In this document: positions 38,863 to 48,033 of the stretch, in pieces | Layout: every line of letters starts with the position of its first letter | Position numbering within the stretch: the stretch's first letter is position 1 | Assembly: GCA_047602425.1 (NCBI GenBank) | Contig: JASGHG010000001.1 | Span: forward strand, 1,056,001 to 1,120,000 | DNA length: 64,000 nt | Direction of reading: 5' to 3' | Source of the DNA: Nibricoccus sp. | Lineage (GTDB): Bacteria > Verrucomicrobiota > Verrucomicrobiia > Opitutales > Opitutaceae | Made by a program: the position numbers and the translations under genes | The notes under the pieces: generated by a model | The model's database searches: none | What the model saw: the letters and a program-made list of their open reading frames with translations, nothing else | What the model was told of the DNA's origin: nothing

Positions 38863-38986
38863 GCCTCCAAATTGCGACGCCGATCCATTCCAACACAACT
38901 GCAAACACACACCCACGTTCACCATGGCATTGCAATTCGCGCCAAAACCAGTACTCCCTCCCCAATCCCCCCAAACCCATACACCC

Positions 38987-39796
38987 ATGTGGCATAAGCT
39001 CAAGGAACAGATCCCAGGAATCGCTCTCACCGTAGTTGTGCTTCTGATCGCAGGCACCCTTTTCTTCGTAAAGGTGTCGCGGGAAAACGCACGGCAGCAG
39101 GCCGCGATGGAGGCGCTCAGCAAACAGAATGACGATCTGCGCACCGCATCTGAAGAGAACCGCCGTCAGACCGAGGCCCTCAATGCCATGCTCAAGGACG
39201 CCATTGCCAAACGCGCCGCTGATGCACTCATGACCGACGACGAATATGCCAAGGTCAATGCCGAGAAAATCGACCGGCTTGCCGACGCGATCGCGACGAA
39301 AATCCAGCCTTTCAATCCGCTCCCCAAAACCCCCGAGGAAGCCGAACGCCTCCAAAACGAACAGGTTGACAAGGTGTCTTCCCGTATGACGGAGAAGATT
39401 CAGCCCATCCTCGCCGAAATGGCCAACGATCAGCATCTCACGCGCGACTCCATTAACGCTTACAGCCAACGCATCTCCGACCAGATCGGCGTGGTGCTCA
39501 CGGCCGAACTCGCGAAAAACCAGCAGCTAAACAATAACCTGCTCGCCTCGCAGGCCGTGGCCCAGGATTCGATCAAGCTGACCCACGAAGTCACCGCCCT
39601 CTATCTTAGCTCAATGAAGGATCAAGGCGTGATCACCCGCCTCCTCACGCTGCCTGCCAATGTCGTCAAAGACGTCGCCACCCTCAGCTTCGTGAGCAGC
39701 AAGGACCGTCGCAATATGGAAGCCCGTCTCGTCGGCGAAATGAACACCCTCGAGACCCGCCTCGCCGAAATCCAGAGCAAGATGCCCAAAAAGTAA
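38987..39796 (+). CDS. membrane-anchored coiled-coil hypothetical protein
   Basis: Single N-terminal TM followed by long helical Q/E/K-rich sequence; alternative start at 38924. Confidence 0.8.
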   Translation: MWHKLKEQIPGIALTVVVLLIAGTLFFVKVSRENARQQAAMEALSKQNDDLRTASEENRRQTEALNAMLKDAIAKRAADALMTDDEYAKVNAEKIDRLADAIATKIQPFNPLPKTPEEAERLQNEQVDKVSSRMTEKIQPILAEMANDQHLTRDSINAYSQRISDQIGVVLTAELAKNQQLNNNLLASQAVAQDSIKLTHEVTALYLSSMKDQGVITRLLTLPANVVKDVATLSFVSSKDRRNMEARLVGEMNTLETRLAEIQSKMPKK

Positions 39797-39822
39797 ACCA
39801 GCCAAAACCACTTATCATCGTC

Positions 39823-39851
39823 AAAAGCCACGCTTTCACGCGTGGCTTTTT
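39823..39851. terminator. bidirectional intrinsic terminator
   Basis: aaaagccacgc-tttcac-gcgtggcttttt. Confidence 0.85.
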
Positions 39852-39958
39852 CGTGCTCCGACTCAAATACCCAACTCATACCAACCATGCAGTCTGTTAC
39901 GTATTATCTGATAAATAACATCCCATACTAACCATCTTATCGCGACGGTAAAACCTCT

Positions 39959-39985
39959 AACTTGTCACGTATTACGTGACAAGTT
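39959..39985. repeat. perfect 13-1-13 palindrome
   Basis: aacttgtcacgta-t-tacgtgacaagtt; degenerate copies at 39895-39914 and 22081-22107. Confidence 0.85.
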
Positions 39986-40051
39986 GCACGGTTCTGGCTC
40001 ACCAGGATTTCTTAAAAAACGTTTGTCCGTGCAAAGAGGTAGCCGCGCGTG

Positions 40052-40849
40052 CTAGGGCTTTCGCGTTTCAGCCACCAAGCGGACGGCTTCGCCTGCGGCC
40101 GCCAGGCCGAATGCGCCCGTGACGAAAACCGCCGTGCCAAAGCCACTCTCGCAGTCGAGTTTCAAATTGGTTCCCGGCTCCGGTTCGGTTGAACACGTGC
40201 CATCCGCCCAGGGGTAGAGCGGCTTTTCCGCCGAATACACGCAACGCACGCCGTAAAGCTGGCCTTCGCCTTTGGCCCAGCCGTGATCGCGACGAAGCTT
40301 CCGCCGAACCATTCGCAAGAGATCATCGCCCGTCGATTCGCCCAGATCGCAGGCACGAATTTTCGTCGCATCGCCTTTTCCGCCCGCTCCACCCACCGTC
40401 ACGCAAGGCAGCGCCCGCCGCACGCAAGCGTCGATCAGCAGAGCCTTGTTGGTCATTCCGTCGATCGCGTCCACCACGCAATCGAAACGCGGTGCCAACA
40501 ACCGCTCTGCATTCGCCGCCGTAAAAAACTCCGCCACCGCTTCCACGCGGCACGCCGGGTTGATCGAGCGCACACGTTCCGCCATGACGGTGACCTTGGG
40601 ACGTCCAATCTGCCCATCGATCGCTGGCAGCTGGCGGTTCACGTTCGTAATGCATACATCGTCGAGGTCGATCAGCGTGATTGCCCCGATGCCACTGCGG
40701 GCCAGCCCTTCAACGACCCACGAGCCAACCCCTCCGATCCCCACGACCGCGATATGCGCCCGGCGGACTCGTTCGAGCCCCGCGCGGCCCAGTAGGCGGC
40801 CTACGCCACCAAAGCGATCATTGTAGTCGGAGGAGATTGTGTCGGACAT
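40052..40849 (-). CDS. tcdA: tRNA threonylcarbamoyladenosine dehydratase
   Basis: RFGGVGRL, VGIGGVGSW, DLDDVCITNVNRQ, VVDAID, LDCESGFGTAVFVTGAFG. Confidence 0.93.
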   Translation of the reverse strand: MSDTISSDYNDRFGGVGRLLGRAGLERVRRAHIAVVGIGGVGSWVVEGLARSGIGAITLIDLDDVCITNVNRQLPAIDGQIGRPKVTVMAERVRSINPACRVEAVAEFFTAANAERLLAPRFDCVVDAIDGMTNKALLIDACVRRALPCVTVGGAGGKGDATKIRACDLGESTGDDLLRMVRRKLRRDHGWAKGEGQLYGVRCVYSAEKPLYPWADGTCSTEPEPGTNLKLDCESGFGTAVFVTGAFGLAAAGEAVRLVAETRKP

Positions 40850-41019
40850 GTGCGGCCCAAAGCGAAAACTTCCTACCCCGCCCAGGCAAACAATCTCCTC
40901 GTCCGAACACGCGACCACCGGACTGTCATTAAAATAAAATATCGCCACCCTTCCGGCCCCGCTCCTTAACTCGACGCCTACCCCTTTTCGAATCCTGCCC
41001 CGGGAGTCGGTTAACCCCT

Positions 41020-41046
41020 TTGCACGTTTCATTCCGAAACGTTCAA
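41020..41046. promoter_or_regulatory. candidate operator upstream of the pectate lyase
   Basis: ttgcacgtttc-attcc-gaaacgttcaa inverted repeat with 1 mismatch. Confidence 0.45.
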
Positions 41047-41075
41047 TATACACAAAAATAAACGCTAGTGATCCT

Positions 41076-42161
41076 ATGAAAACACGCATTACCCCTGCGC
41101 TGTCATTGTTCGTCGCGGCTGCCGCCGCTTTGCTCTCCACCCCGCTCGCCCACGCTGTCGCCTTCTCTGGCGCTCAAGGTTATGGCGCCAACGCCACCGG
41201 AGGTTCGACCGTCGTCCACGTCACGAATCTTAACGATTCCGGCGCTGGCTCACTCCGCGACGCGCTCAGCGCCAGCGGACGCCGCGTGGTCTTCGATGTC
41301 GCCGGCACGATTAAAATCACGTCCGCCCTCGTCGTCCCGACCAACACCACGATCGATGGCACCACTGCGCCCAGCCCGGGCATCACCGTAACCGGCTACA
41401 ACACGTCTTGCAGCGACCGGAACAACATCATCGTTCGCAACATTCGCTTCCGCGAGGATCTCACCGGCCCGTCCGGCAAGTGCTCCTTCCAGGGAACCAA
41501 TTGCTATAACATAATTCTCGATCATTGTTCGCTCGAGTGGGGACGTTGGGACACGCTCTCGTTCACCAGCAATTCGCACGATATCACCGTCCAATATTGC
41601 ATCATCGGCGAAAGCATCGATCCACAATATTTCGGCAATCTCATCGATGCCTGCGACCGCATTTCTCTTCACCACAATCTCTACATCGACAACCAGAGCC
41701 GCAATCCAAAGCTCAAGTGCAACGGTCAGTATATTAACAATGTCGTTTACAACTGGGGCAGCGGCGGCCTGATCGGCGGCCATTCCTCGGCCGTCTGGAA
41801 AAGCGATGTGATCAACAATTACTTCATCGCCGGGCCCAGCACCGTGAACCTCGACAATTGGGTCGCCGACTGCACCGCAACCGACACGTGGTATCAGTCC
41901 GGCAACTACAACGACCTCAATCGCAACGGCACGCGCAATGGCACGCTCATCCCCGCCTCCGCTTACACCGCCAAAACGATTACGCTCGTCTCCGCCAAGC
42001 AGCACAATCCTTCGCCGGCGGTCACCGTTCATAGTGTTACCTACACCTGCGACCTCGCCCTCGCGGGTTCGCTCGGTTGCCAGCCCAACGACTCGGTCGA
42101 CCAACGCCTCATCGGCTATCTGCGCTCCTACGGCACCCAAGGCCGTATCGGCAAACCCTGA
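41076..42161 (+). CDS. secreted pectate lyase-like protein (PL1)
   Basis: AFSGAQGYGANATGG, VTNLNDSGAGSLR, ILDHCS, SRNPK, NNVVYNWG. Confidence 0.88.
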   Translation: MKTRITPALSLFVAAAAALLSTPLAHAVAFSGAQGYGANATGGSTVVHVTNLNDSGAGSLRDALSASGRRVVFDVAGTIKITSALVVPTNTTIDGTTAPSPGITVTGYNTSCSDRNNIIVRNIRFREDLTGPSGKCSFQGTNCYNIILDHCSLEWGRWDTLSFTSNSHDITVQYCIIGESIDPQYFGNLIDACDRISLHHNLYIDNQSRNPKLKCNGQYINNVVYNWGSGGLIGGHSSAVWKSDVINNYFIAGPSTVNLDNWVADCTATDTWYQSGNYNDLNRNGTRNGTLIPASAYTAKTITLVSAKQHNPSPAVTVHSVTYTCDLALAGSLGCQPNDSVDQRLIGYLRSYGTQGRIGKP

Positions 42162-42189
42162 GCCGCGCTGAAAACGCTCCTCATTTCCC

Positions 42190-42222
42190 ACGGGGTGAAA
42201 CGACAGTTTCACCCCGTTTACT
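42190..42222 (+). terminator. intrinsic terminator
   Basis: acggggtgaaac-gaca-gtttcaccccgt followed by a T-rich tail. Confidence 0.8.
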
Positions 42223-42337
42223 TTCTAAAGCGAAATCTTAACGCGGTCCTCTGTTGTCTTTTCTCCGAGCACTCGGTTCGCCTCTATTTGGGCCAAGACC
42301 GATCCAGCCATGATCTCCTATTGGTTCGATCGTGGGT

Positions 42338-42796
42338 TCACATTCGAACGTTGAGCAAAGTCCATTGAGCAACTGGTCGCGCAGAGGGCAGAAAATTGTA
42401 ATCGTAGGGCATGACGCCCACGCTTGTGACGGGCGAGATGGCCTTTCCGACTCCGTTCGATAAGCTCGGTTTGCCAGCTTCGAACAGCTCTCGTGTATGA
42501 TCCAATTGCCGAACCAAGTAGGGATTGACCTTCTTCTCACTCACGAGGAGCGGTTCAAGCCTGATAACGTCGTCCTCCAGCAAGCCTTCCTCCTCCGCTT
42601 TCTTTCGGATGGAGGGATCGTACTTGAAAGTCTGTTTGAGGACCTCGCGCACGCCAGCCTGGCAAGGCAGGGGTTGCGATGCCGCTTTATCTTTAGCTGA
42701 TGGTTCCCCTTGCAAAGAAACGATCCCGGGCAGAATGATCATCATGGGCATCATGACGGCCCGCGCCGGACACAGTGCTCTTCGAAAGAATGACAA
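42338..42796 (-). CDS. small secreted hypothetical protein (start uncertain)
   Basis: Hydrophobic N-terminus, EDDVIRLEPLLV motif; upstream GGAAC-N16-CGTC motif. Confidence 0.5.
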   Translation of the reverse strand: MSFFRRALCPARAVMMPMMIILPGIVSLQGEPSAKDKAASQPLPCQAGVREVLKQTFKYDPSIRKKAEEEGLLEDDVIRLEPLLVSEKKVNPYLVRQLDHTRELFEAGKPSLSNGVGKAISPVTSVGVMPYDYNFLPSARPVAQWTLLNVRM

Positions 42797-42881
42797 AGCA
42801 GGGTTAATCCATTTTACGACGGTTCGTTCTTAAAGATGTTCCATCCGATGGCCACAACTGTAGCCTGCCCATTCCGAGCGC

Positions 42882-43643
42882 CTAGAGGTGCCTCGGTTCG
42901 CGCGATGCCTCCTCGCGCAGCGCCCGTCGTCGCCAGAGTAGCATGAGAAGGAATCCGACGAGCGCTCCGCCCAAGTGGGCGAAATGAGCAACACCGCCAC
43001 CGAACAGCGAAAAACCAGTGACCCCCGACAAAAGGTCCAATCCTAGCAACAATGGGATGAAGAATTTCGCCGCGATCGGTACTGGCGCGAATATCAATGC
43101 GAGTTTTGCATTGGGGTAAAGCAGGCCAAATGCGACGAGAACGCCGTAAATTCCGCCTGATGCTCCGATCATCGGCACGGCGTAAACCCGGTAGAGCGCA
43201 TTCAGCGTATCCCTAATTCCCGCCCCCTGCGGAATCGCACCGTGGCCGGCGGTGAACAATGCGCGGATTGCATCGGGCGCCACTCCCTGCGCAGCCAACC
43301 GCTCTTGAAGCACGCCGTAGCGATAGACGTTGACGCCGTTGTGGACAAGCGCCGCACCCATTCCACAGAGGATAAAGAATACAAGAAATCGACCCGTGCC
43401 CCATTGCCGCTCTAGCAGTCCACCAAAGGAAAGCAGAGCGAACATGTTGAATAAAACATGCCCCAGTCCGCCATGGAGAAACATGTACGTCACCACCTGC
43501 CACGGGGCGAAGTGCGGATTCTTCGTGAACCAGAATGCTCCGTGCTCGATCAACCATTGTCGCGCTTCTGGGGCAAGGCCCACCACAAAAAGCGTGGCAT
43601 TTGCGATCAATAGACCCAGCACAGCAGGAGGAAGTCGATTCAT
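42882..43643 (-). CDS. rhomboid family intramembrane serine protease
   Basis: WQVVTYMFLHGG, HVLFNM, GASG, AHFAHLGG. Confidence 0.93.
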   Translation of the reverse strand: MNRLPPAVLGLLIANATLFVVGLAPEARQWLIEHGAFWFTKNPHFAPWQVVTYMFLHGGLGHVLFNMFALLSFGGLLERQWGTGRFLVFFILCGMGAALVHNGVNVYRYGVLQERLAAQGVAPDAIRALFTAGHGAIPQGAGIRDTLNALYRVYAVPMIGASGGIYGVLVAFGLLYPNAKLALIFAPVPIAAKFFIPLLLGLDLLSGVTGFSLFGGGVAHFAHLGGALVGFLLMLLWRRRALREEASREPRHL

Positions 43644-43962
43644 GTCCTGAGGTTGGCCTGCTTCGCGTTTGCCGCAACTCCGGTCCAACGCCGATTGAAC
43701 GAGTCGCTCGCGGTGACCGCGCCGTCGGCGATAACCACAGGCAATCGCATTACGGTTAACGCTGGGACTATTCGGTAGTGCGAACTCGGAGTACCTCCTA
43801 TCGCACGTCGAAATAGTTCTAGTAACGTATGTTCTCACAACAGCAGTTCCACCTGATCGAACTCAATACCTCACTCCACCGTATGCTTCCGTTGCCACTG
43901 AATAGAACCACACGGGAGCAGAAATGATCGACAAAACAAAAACCAATCAACCCATCCATCCC

Positions 43963-44091
43963 ATGTTAACTCTCGCCGCTATTGTGCTTCCCATCGCCGC
44001 TGCCGGTTACTCGCTGCTTTATCTTCTTTTCGGCGGCGGTCTCGGTGGCGCTATCCTGATCTTCATCATCGCGAAAGCCCTCGGTAAATAA
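43963..44091 (+). CDS. 42-aa hydrophobic peptide
   Basis: MLTLAAIVLPIAAAGYSLLYLLFGGGLGGAILIFIIAKALGK*; typical codon usage; in-frame upstream ATG at 43924. Confidence 0.65.
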   Translation: MLTLAAIVLPIAAAGYSLLYLLFGGGLGGAILIFIIAKALGK

Positions 44092-44178
44092 GGCCTGTCG
44101 CTTTTGTCTCCGAGCTGGTGGCAGTTGAAGACCAGCCCCTTCCCCGTAGTAACACGAACCAATCCTTAGATCTTTTTT

Positions 44179-45156
44179 ATGATTTCAACTCCTCCTCCTT
44201 TTGCGTCCACGTCGACAGCTGAACTACTGTCGACTCAGAGCACTTATAGAGTGCAACTTCACCGCTCCGTTTCCTGGGGCGCGATCATGGCCGGTATTAC
44301 TGCAGCGCTGGCCATGCAGGTTTTATTCATGTTGCTTGGCGCAGGACTCGGATTCGCCATTTACACTCCGCTCACGGACGAAAATCCGATCGCCAACCTT
44401 GGAGCGGGCGCCTTGATCGTTCAGGGCATCAGCGCTGTCTTCTCCCTCTGGTTCGGTGGTTGGGTGGCAGGACGCTTCACTCCTACCGGAACGCGTGCGA
44501 CCGGCTGGCTGCATGGTTTCAGCGTCTGGTGTGCCGCCACGGTCGCTGGCGTGCTTTTTGTTTCTGCCGGCGCGGGCTGGATTTTGGGCGACTTGTCGAA
44601 GCTCGTGGGCGGGGGTCTTTCGCTCGCAGGCAAACCCGCTGCGGCATTGGCCGGCGGAGCGGCGGACATGGCCAAGGATGCGGTCAAAAAGTCCGGCGAC
44701 ACACTCGCCAGCTTTACCGACGAAGCCTTGGGCAACCGCCCCGCCGATTCGGCGGGAATTAACAATGCCCGTGCAAAACGTGAAATTGGAATGGCTCTCA
44801 CCCGTCTTTTCACGCCCGGCCAGCAAACCAATGCGGCAGACAACCGCGCCGCCTTGGTCAAGGCATTGGTTGACCACGCGGGAATGAGCGAAGCGGATGC
44901 GAACCGAACCGTCACCGAGTGGACAAACACCTATGATCGGCTCAAAGCGGATTTGACCGCGGCGAAAAACGAGGCCGAAACCAAAGCGCGGGTGGCCGCC
45001 GAAGAGGCATCCAAGGCGTTGGCCATCTTTTCGCTCTGCGCCTTCGTGGCTTTCGCCATGGGCGGTCTCGCCGCCAGTTGGGGCGGCCATCAGGGGGCAA
45101 AGCATGCCCTCAGATGCGAGCAGACCGAGAGGGCTTTGGCCGCCAGCGAAAGTTAA
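44179..45156 (+). CDS. membrane protein (VSWGAIxAG family)
   Basis: SVSWGAIMAG, GGWVAGR, GWLHGFSVW TMs, helical soluble region, C-terminal TM. Confidence 0.8.
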   Translation: MISTPPPFASTSTAELLSTQSTYRVQLHRSVSWGAIMAGITAALAMQVLFMLLGAGLGFAIYTPLTDENPIANLGAGALIVQGISAVFSLWFGGWVAGRFTPTGTRATGWLHGFSVWCAATVAGVLFVSAGAGWILGDLSKLVGGGLSLAGKPAAALAGGAADMAKDAVKKSGDTLASFTDEALGNRPADSAGINNARAKREIGMALTRLFTPGQQTNAADNRAALVKALVDHAGMSEADANRTVTEWTNTYDRLKADLTAAKNEAETKARVAAEEASKALAIFSLCAFVAFAMGGLAASWGGHQGAKHALRCEQTERALAASES

Positions 45157-45358
45157 ACGCTTGTCTTCACCTCAAAGGACCGAGTGACATTCGCCCTCCG
45201 CCCAAACCATATCAGTGGTCCAATTGCACAGGCCGTCTTCGTCCCCTGATCGCAGGAGCGAAGGCGGCCTTGTCTTTTTGTTTTTTTGAAAAACTATTTT
45301 CTATTTTTGCGGTAAGCAATCGGACCACGGTCCAGCACGATCCACGGAGTGTGACGTT

Positions 45359-46060
45359 ATGAAAAATGTAATTTTTCACCCGTTCAATAAGGCCAAGATC
45401 GTGGCCGGGCTGGCGCTTTTCACGGTATTCGCGGGTTGCGCGAGCGAGTCATCCAGCGGATATCGGGGCTATTCCCGAGCCGACACTGATTTTCAGGACG
45501 ACTACGATTACTTTCCGGAATATGAGACTTACTACAGTTATCGTCGGCGCGAATTCGTGTATCTCGACGGAGGCGTTTGGGTCCGGCGCCCGGCTCCACC
45601 CCATGGAACCCCGGTAAATGTGATTCTGGCCGCACCCTCTGTGCGGCTTGATTTCCATGACGCGCCCGAGCGGCATCACAATACCGTCGTCCGCTCTTAT
45701 CCGAGAACTTGGCGAGGACCGGATAAAGATCATCCCGTAAATCAAGAACGCTCGGCCCCACCGACCCCGCCGCCAGAACGCCGCGACGTCAGACCAGAGC
45801 CACCGCCGGAGCACCAAAACCGTCATCACGAGGGCAGGAACGACGAGCATCGCGAATCCAGGCCAGAACATCCCGTCGCACCGCCAACTCCCCCACAAAA
45901 TCGCCCCGAACATCCGGATGGCCGACCCAAACCACCGAACCAAAAGAAAGTCGAACCCCGTGAAGAGCGTCCGCAAAACCAATCGGAACAACAGGACGAC
46001 GATCATAAACGCGACCGGAAAGACGATAAGCCAGATGATGACAGGCGTCCGAATCGGTAA
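45359..46060 (+). CDS. lipoprotein with a disordered Pro/Arg/Asp/His-rich tail
   Basis: FAGC lipobox, YDYFPEYETYY...VYLDGGVW core, low-complexity C-terminus. Confidence 0.75.
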   Translation: MKNVIFHPFNKAKIVAGLALFTVFAGCASESSSGYRGYSRADTDFQDDYDYFPEYETYYSYRRREFVYLDGGVWVRRPAPPHGTPVNVILAAPSVRLDFHDAPERHHNTVVRSYPRTWRGPDKDHPVNQERSAPPTPPPERRDVRPEPPPEHQNRHHEGRNDEHRESRPEHPVAPPTPPQNRPEHPDGRPKPPNQKKVEPREERPQNQSEQQDDDHKRDRKDDKPDDDRRPNR

Positions 46061-46303
46061 CCTTCACATTGGCGGAAACGGATACGACAACTGCCGTGGC
46101 TGAATCGCTGATTTGGCTCAGCTAAAACCAAGCCGGCCGCCTAAAATCGCCGGATAGGCCTAAGGGACCGATCGAACTCGGAAGGCTTGCCATCCGCAGA
46201 TGGTGGAACCACGGGATGCGGTGCAAAATTTCAAAGGCGGAACTGGCGCGTTTCGATTTTCTGGTTAGCGTCCACGTTTCCCAAAACACCCGTGAAAAAA
46301 TCC

Positions 46304-47191
46304 ATGCCCAAAATATCCTTCGGCGCGCTGCGTCGTTTGTTCGTTGTCTTCTCGTTGTTAACCTCCCCCTGCAGTTATGCGCAGCAGGAAATCCCGGTCT
46401 GGAAGGACGGTGCTCCAGGCTTGAAGCATGAGCGAGCCGAAGCTTCCGAGGACAGACATGAGACAGGGCGGATGGATCGCTATATCAGCTACGTCAGCAA
46501 TCCTACGCTGACGATTTATCCAGCGGACCCGGCCAAGGCCACGGGCGCAGCCGTGCTCGTTGTTCCTGGCGGAGGGTTTCGGTACGTGTGTCTCGACAAG
46601 GAAGGCATCGAGCCGGCGCAGTGGTTGAACTCAATCGGCGTCACCGCGGTCGTTTTGAAGTATCGCACCCTCGATCCGGAGAAAGAGCGTAGTGCGAAAA
46701 CGATTGAACCTTTGTTCGCAGAAACCGAACGGGCGATGCGCGTGGTTCGCGCCCACGCGGCCGAGTGGAAAATCGATCCAAAGAAGATCGGCATCATGGG
46801 TTTTTCCGCCGGCGCCATCATGGCGGTGCGCTTGGTCGTCGACGCGGATGCCGGTGATGCGGCTGCGGCCGACCCTGTCGAAAAAGCCGGCAGCCGTCCC
46901 GACTTTGTCGTGTTTGTCTATGGTGCAGTGCCTCCTGGCAAACAACCCAAAATCGACAAAACCGCGCCTCCGTTTTTTCTCGTGCATGCGGCGGATGATC
47001 CCAAGGCGCCGGTCAGCGGTGCGCTCAAGGTTTTCCAATTCCTCAATGAAGGCGGAGCTTCGGCCGAGTTGCATGTTTATCACCGCGGCGATCATGGCTT
47101 TGGCATGACGCCCAAGCTCGGCACGGTCCGCGATTGGACCAGTTCGTGCGCGTCGTGGATGCGCGACCTCGGCATTATTCCCGCGCAATAA
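46304..47191 (+). CDS. secreted alpha/beta hydrolase (carbohydrate esterase-like)
   Basis: VPGGGF oxyanion motif, GFSAG nucleophile, HAADD, GDHGFG. Confidence 0.9.
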   Translation: MPKISFGALRRLFVVFSLLTSPCSYAQQEIPVWKDGAPGLKHERAEASEDRHETGRMDRYISYVSNPTLTIYPADPAKATGAAVLVVPGGGFRYVCLDKEGIEPAQWLNSIGVTAVVLKYRTLDPEKERSAKTIEPLFAETERAMRVVRAHAAEWKIDPKKIGIMGFSAGAIMAVRLVVDADAGDAAAADPVEKAGSRPDFVVFVYGAVPPGKQPKIDKTAPPFFLVHAADDPKAPVSGALKVFQFLNEGGASAELHVYHRGDHGFGMTPKLGTVRDWTSSCASWMRDLGIIPAQ

Positions 47192-47255
47192 ATTGGCAGC
47201 CCAGCCCGCTGCAGATTTGCCAGCGGGCTTCGATGCGGGTGAAAAAGAACCTGCC

Positions 47256-47969
47256 ATGAACCGAGGTGAAACCGCCGCCCACCGTGAGTTGAAGAAACTC
47301 GCTTTCGAGTGGGCGCGCGATCACGGGTTTCCCATCGCGGCATGTGAGGTTCGCATCCCGGCAAGCGGTTATCGCGCAGACGTCGCGGCTTGTTCTCTGG
47401 CGCAAAAAGACGGCGAACGTGCGGTCGCGTTGTTCGAGTGCAAACAATGCCGCTCCGATCTCTTGCGCGACAAAGCGGACGAAGCGAAGGTCCGCGCGCA
47501 GACCGTGGAAATTTCGCAACGACTCTCGGCGTTGCGCACGCTGGTCGCGGAACACCGGCCCGATCTGCGCCGGGGCGAATCGCTTTTCCCCGAATACGAC
47601 GACTATGATTTTCGCGGGTTGCGCCACGAAGCGTTGCATGGCCTTGAGAAGGAAATGGAAACCTTGCAGAAAAAAATTCTCAACAGCGTGAAGTTTTCGC
47701 GACTGCGGCGCTACGAGGCGGCAACGCATCTTTACCTCGTGACGGAGGGCGATATCCTCGCCGAGTACGAGGTGCCGCTGGGCTGGGGTTGGCTCGCGCG
47801 AAGAGGCGAAACGCTCGAGTGTCTGTTGAAACCGACGCGCCTTTCTCCCACCTCCAAGCAAACCGAACGCTGGCTGGAAGCCATCGCTTTGGCGGGTACA
47901 CGTGTTTCGGCAAAGGCGTTCGGCATCGAGCGACAAGCGGACGAACCTCCGAACGAACGCACACCATGA
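47256..47969 (+). CDS. PD-(D/E)XK nuclease-like protein (MmcB-like)
   Basis: AHRELK...ACEV...YRADVAA...FECKQCRSDLLRD; HLYLV...EVPLGWGWL. Confidence 0.65.
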   Translation: MNRGETAAHRELKKLAFEWARDHGFPIAACEVRIPASGYRADVAACSLAQKDGERAVALFECKQCRSDLLRDKADEAKVRAQTVEISQRLSALRTLVAEHRPDLRRGESLFPEYDDYDFRGLRHEALHGLEKEMETLQKKILNSVKFSRLRRYEAATHLYLVTEGDILAEYEVPLGWGWLARRGETLECLLKPTRLSPTSKQTERWLEAIALAGTRVSAKAFGIERQADEPPNERTP

Positions 47970-48033
47970 GGCAAAACCAAGAAGTTGCCGCGCCAAACTT
48001 CGCAGCGCGGCAACGTTGTTTCAGTTAGTCCGT

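Noticed and set aside
42882..43643. Rhomboid as the dedicated rhombosortase for the GH44 tail
   Set aside because: It lies 30 kb away and looks like a generic rhomboid; the sequence alone cannot assign it.
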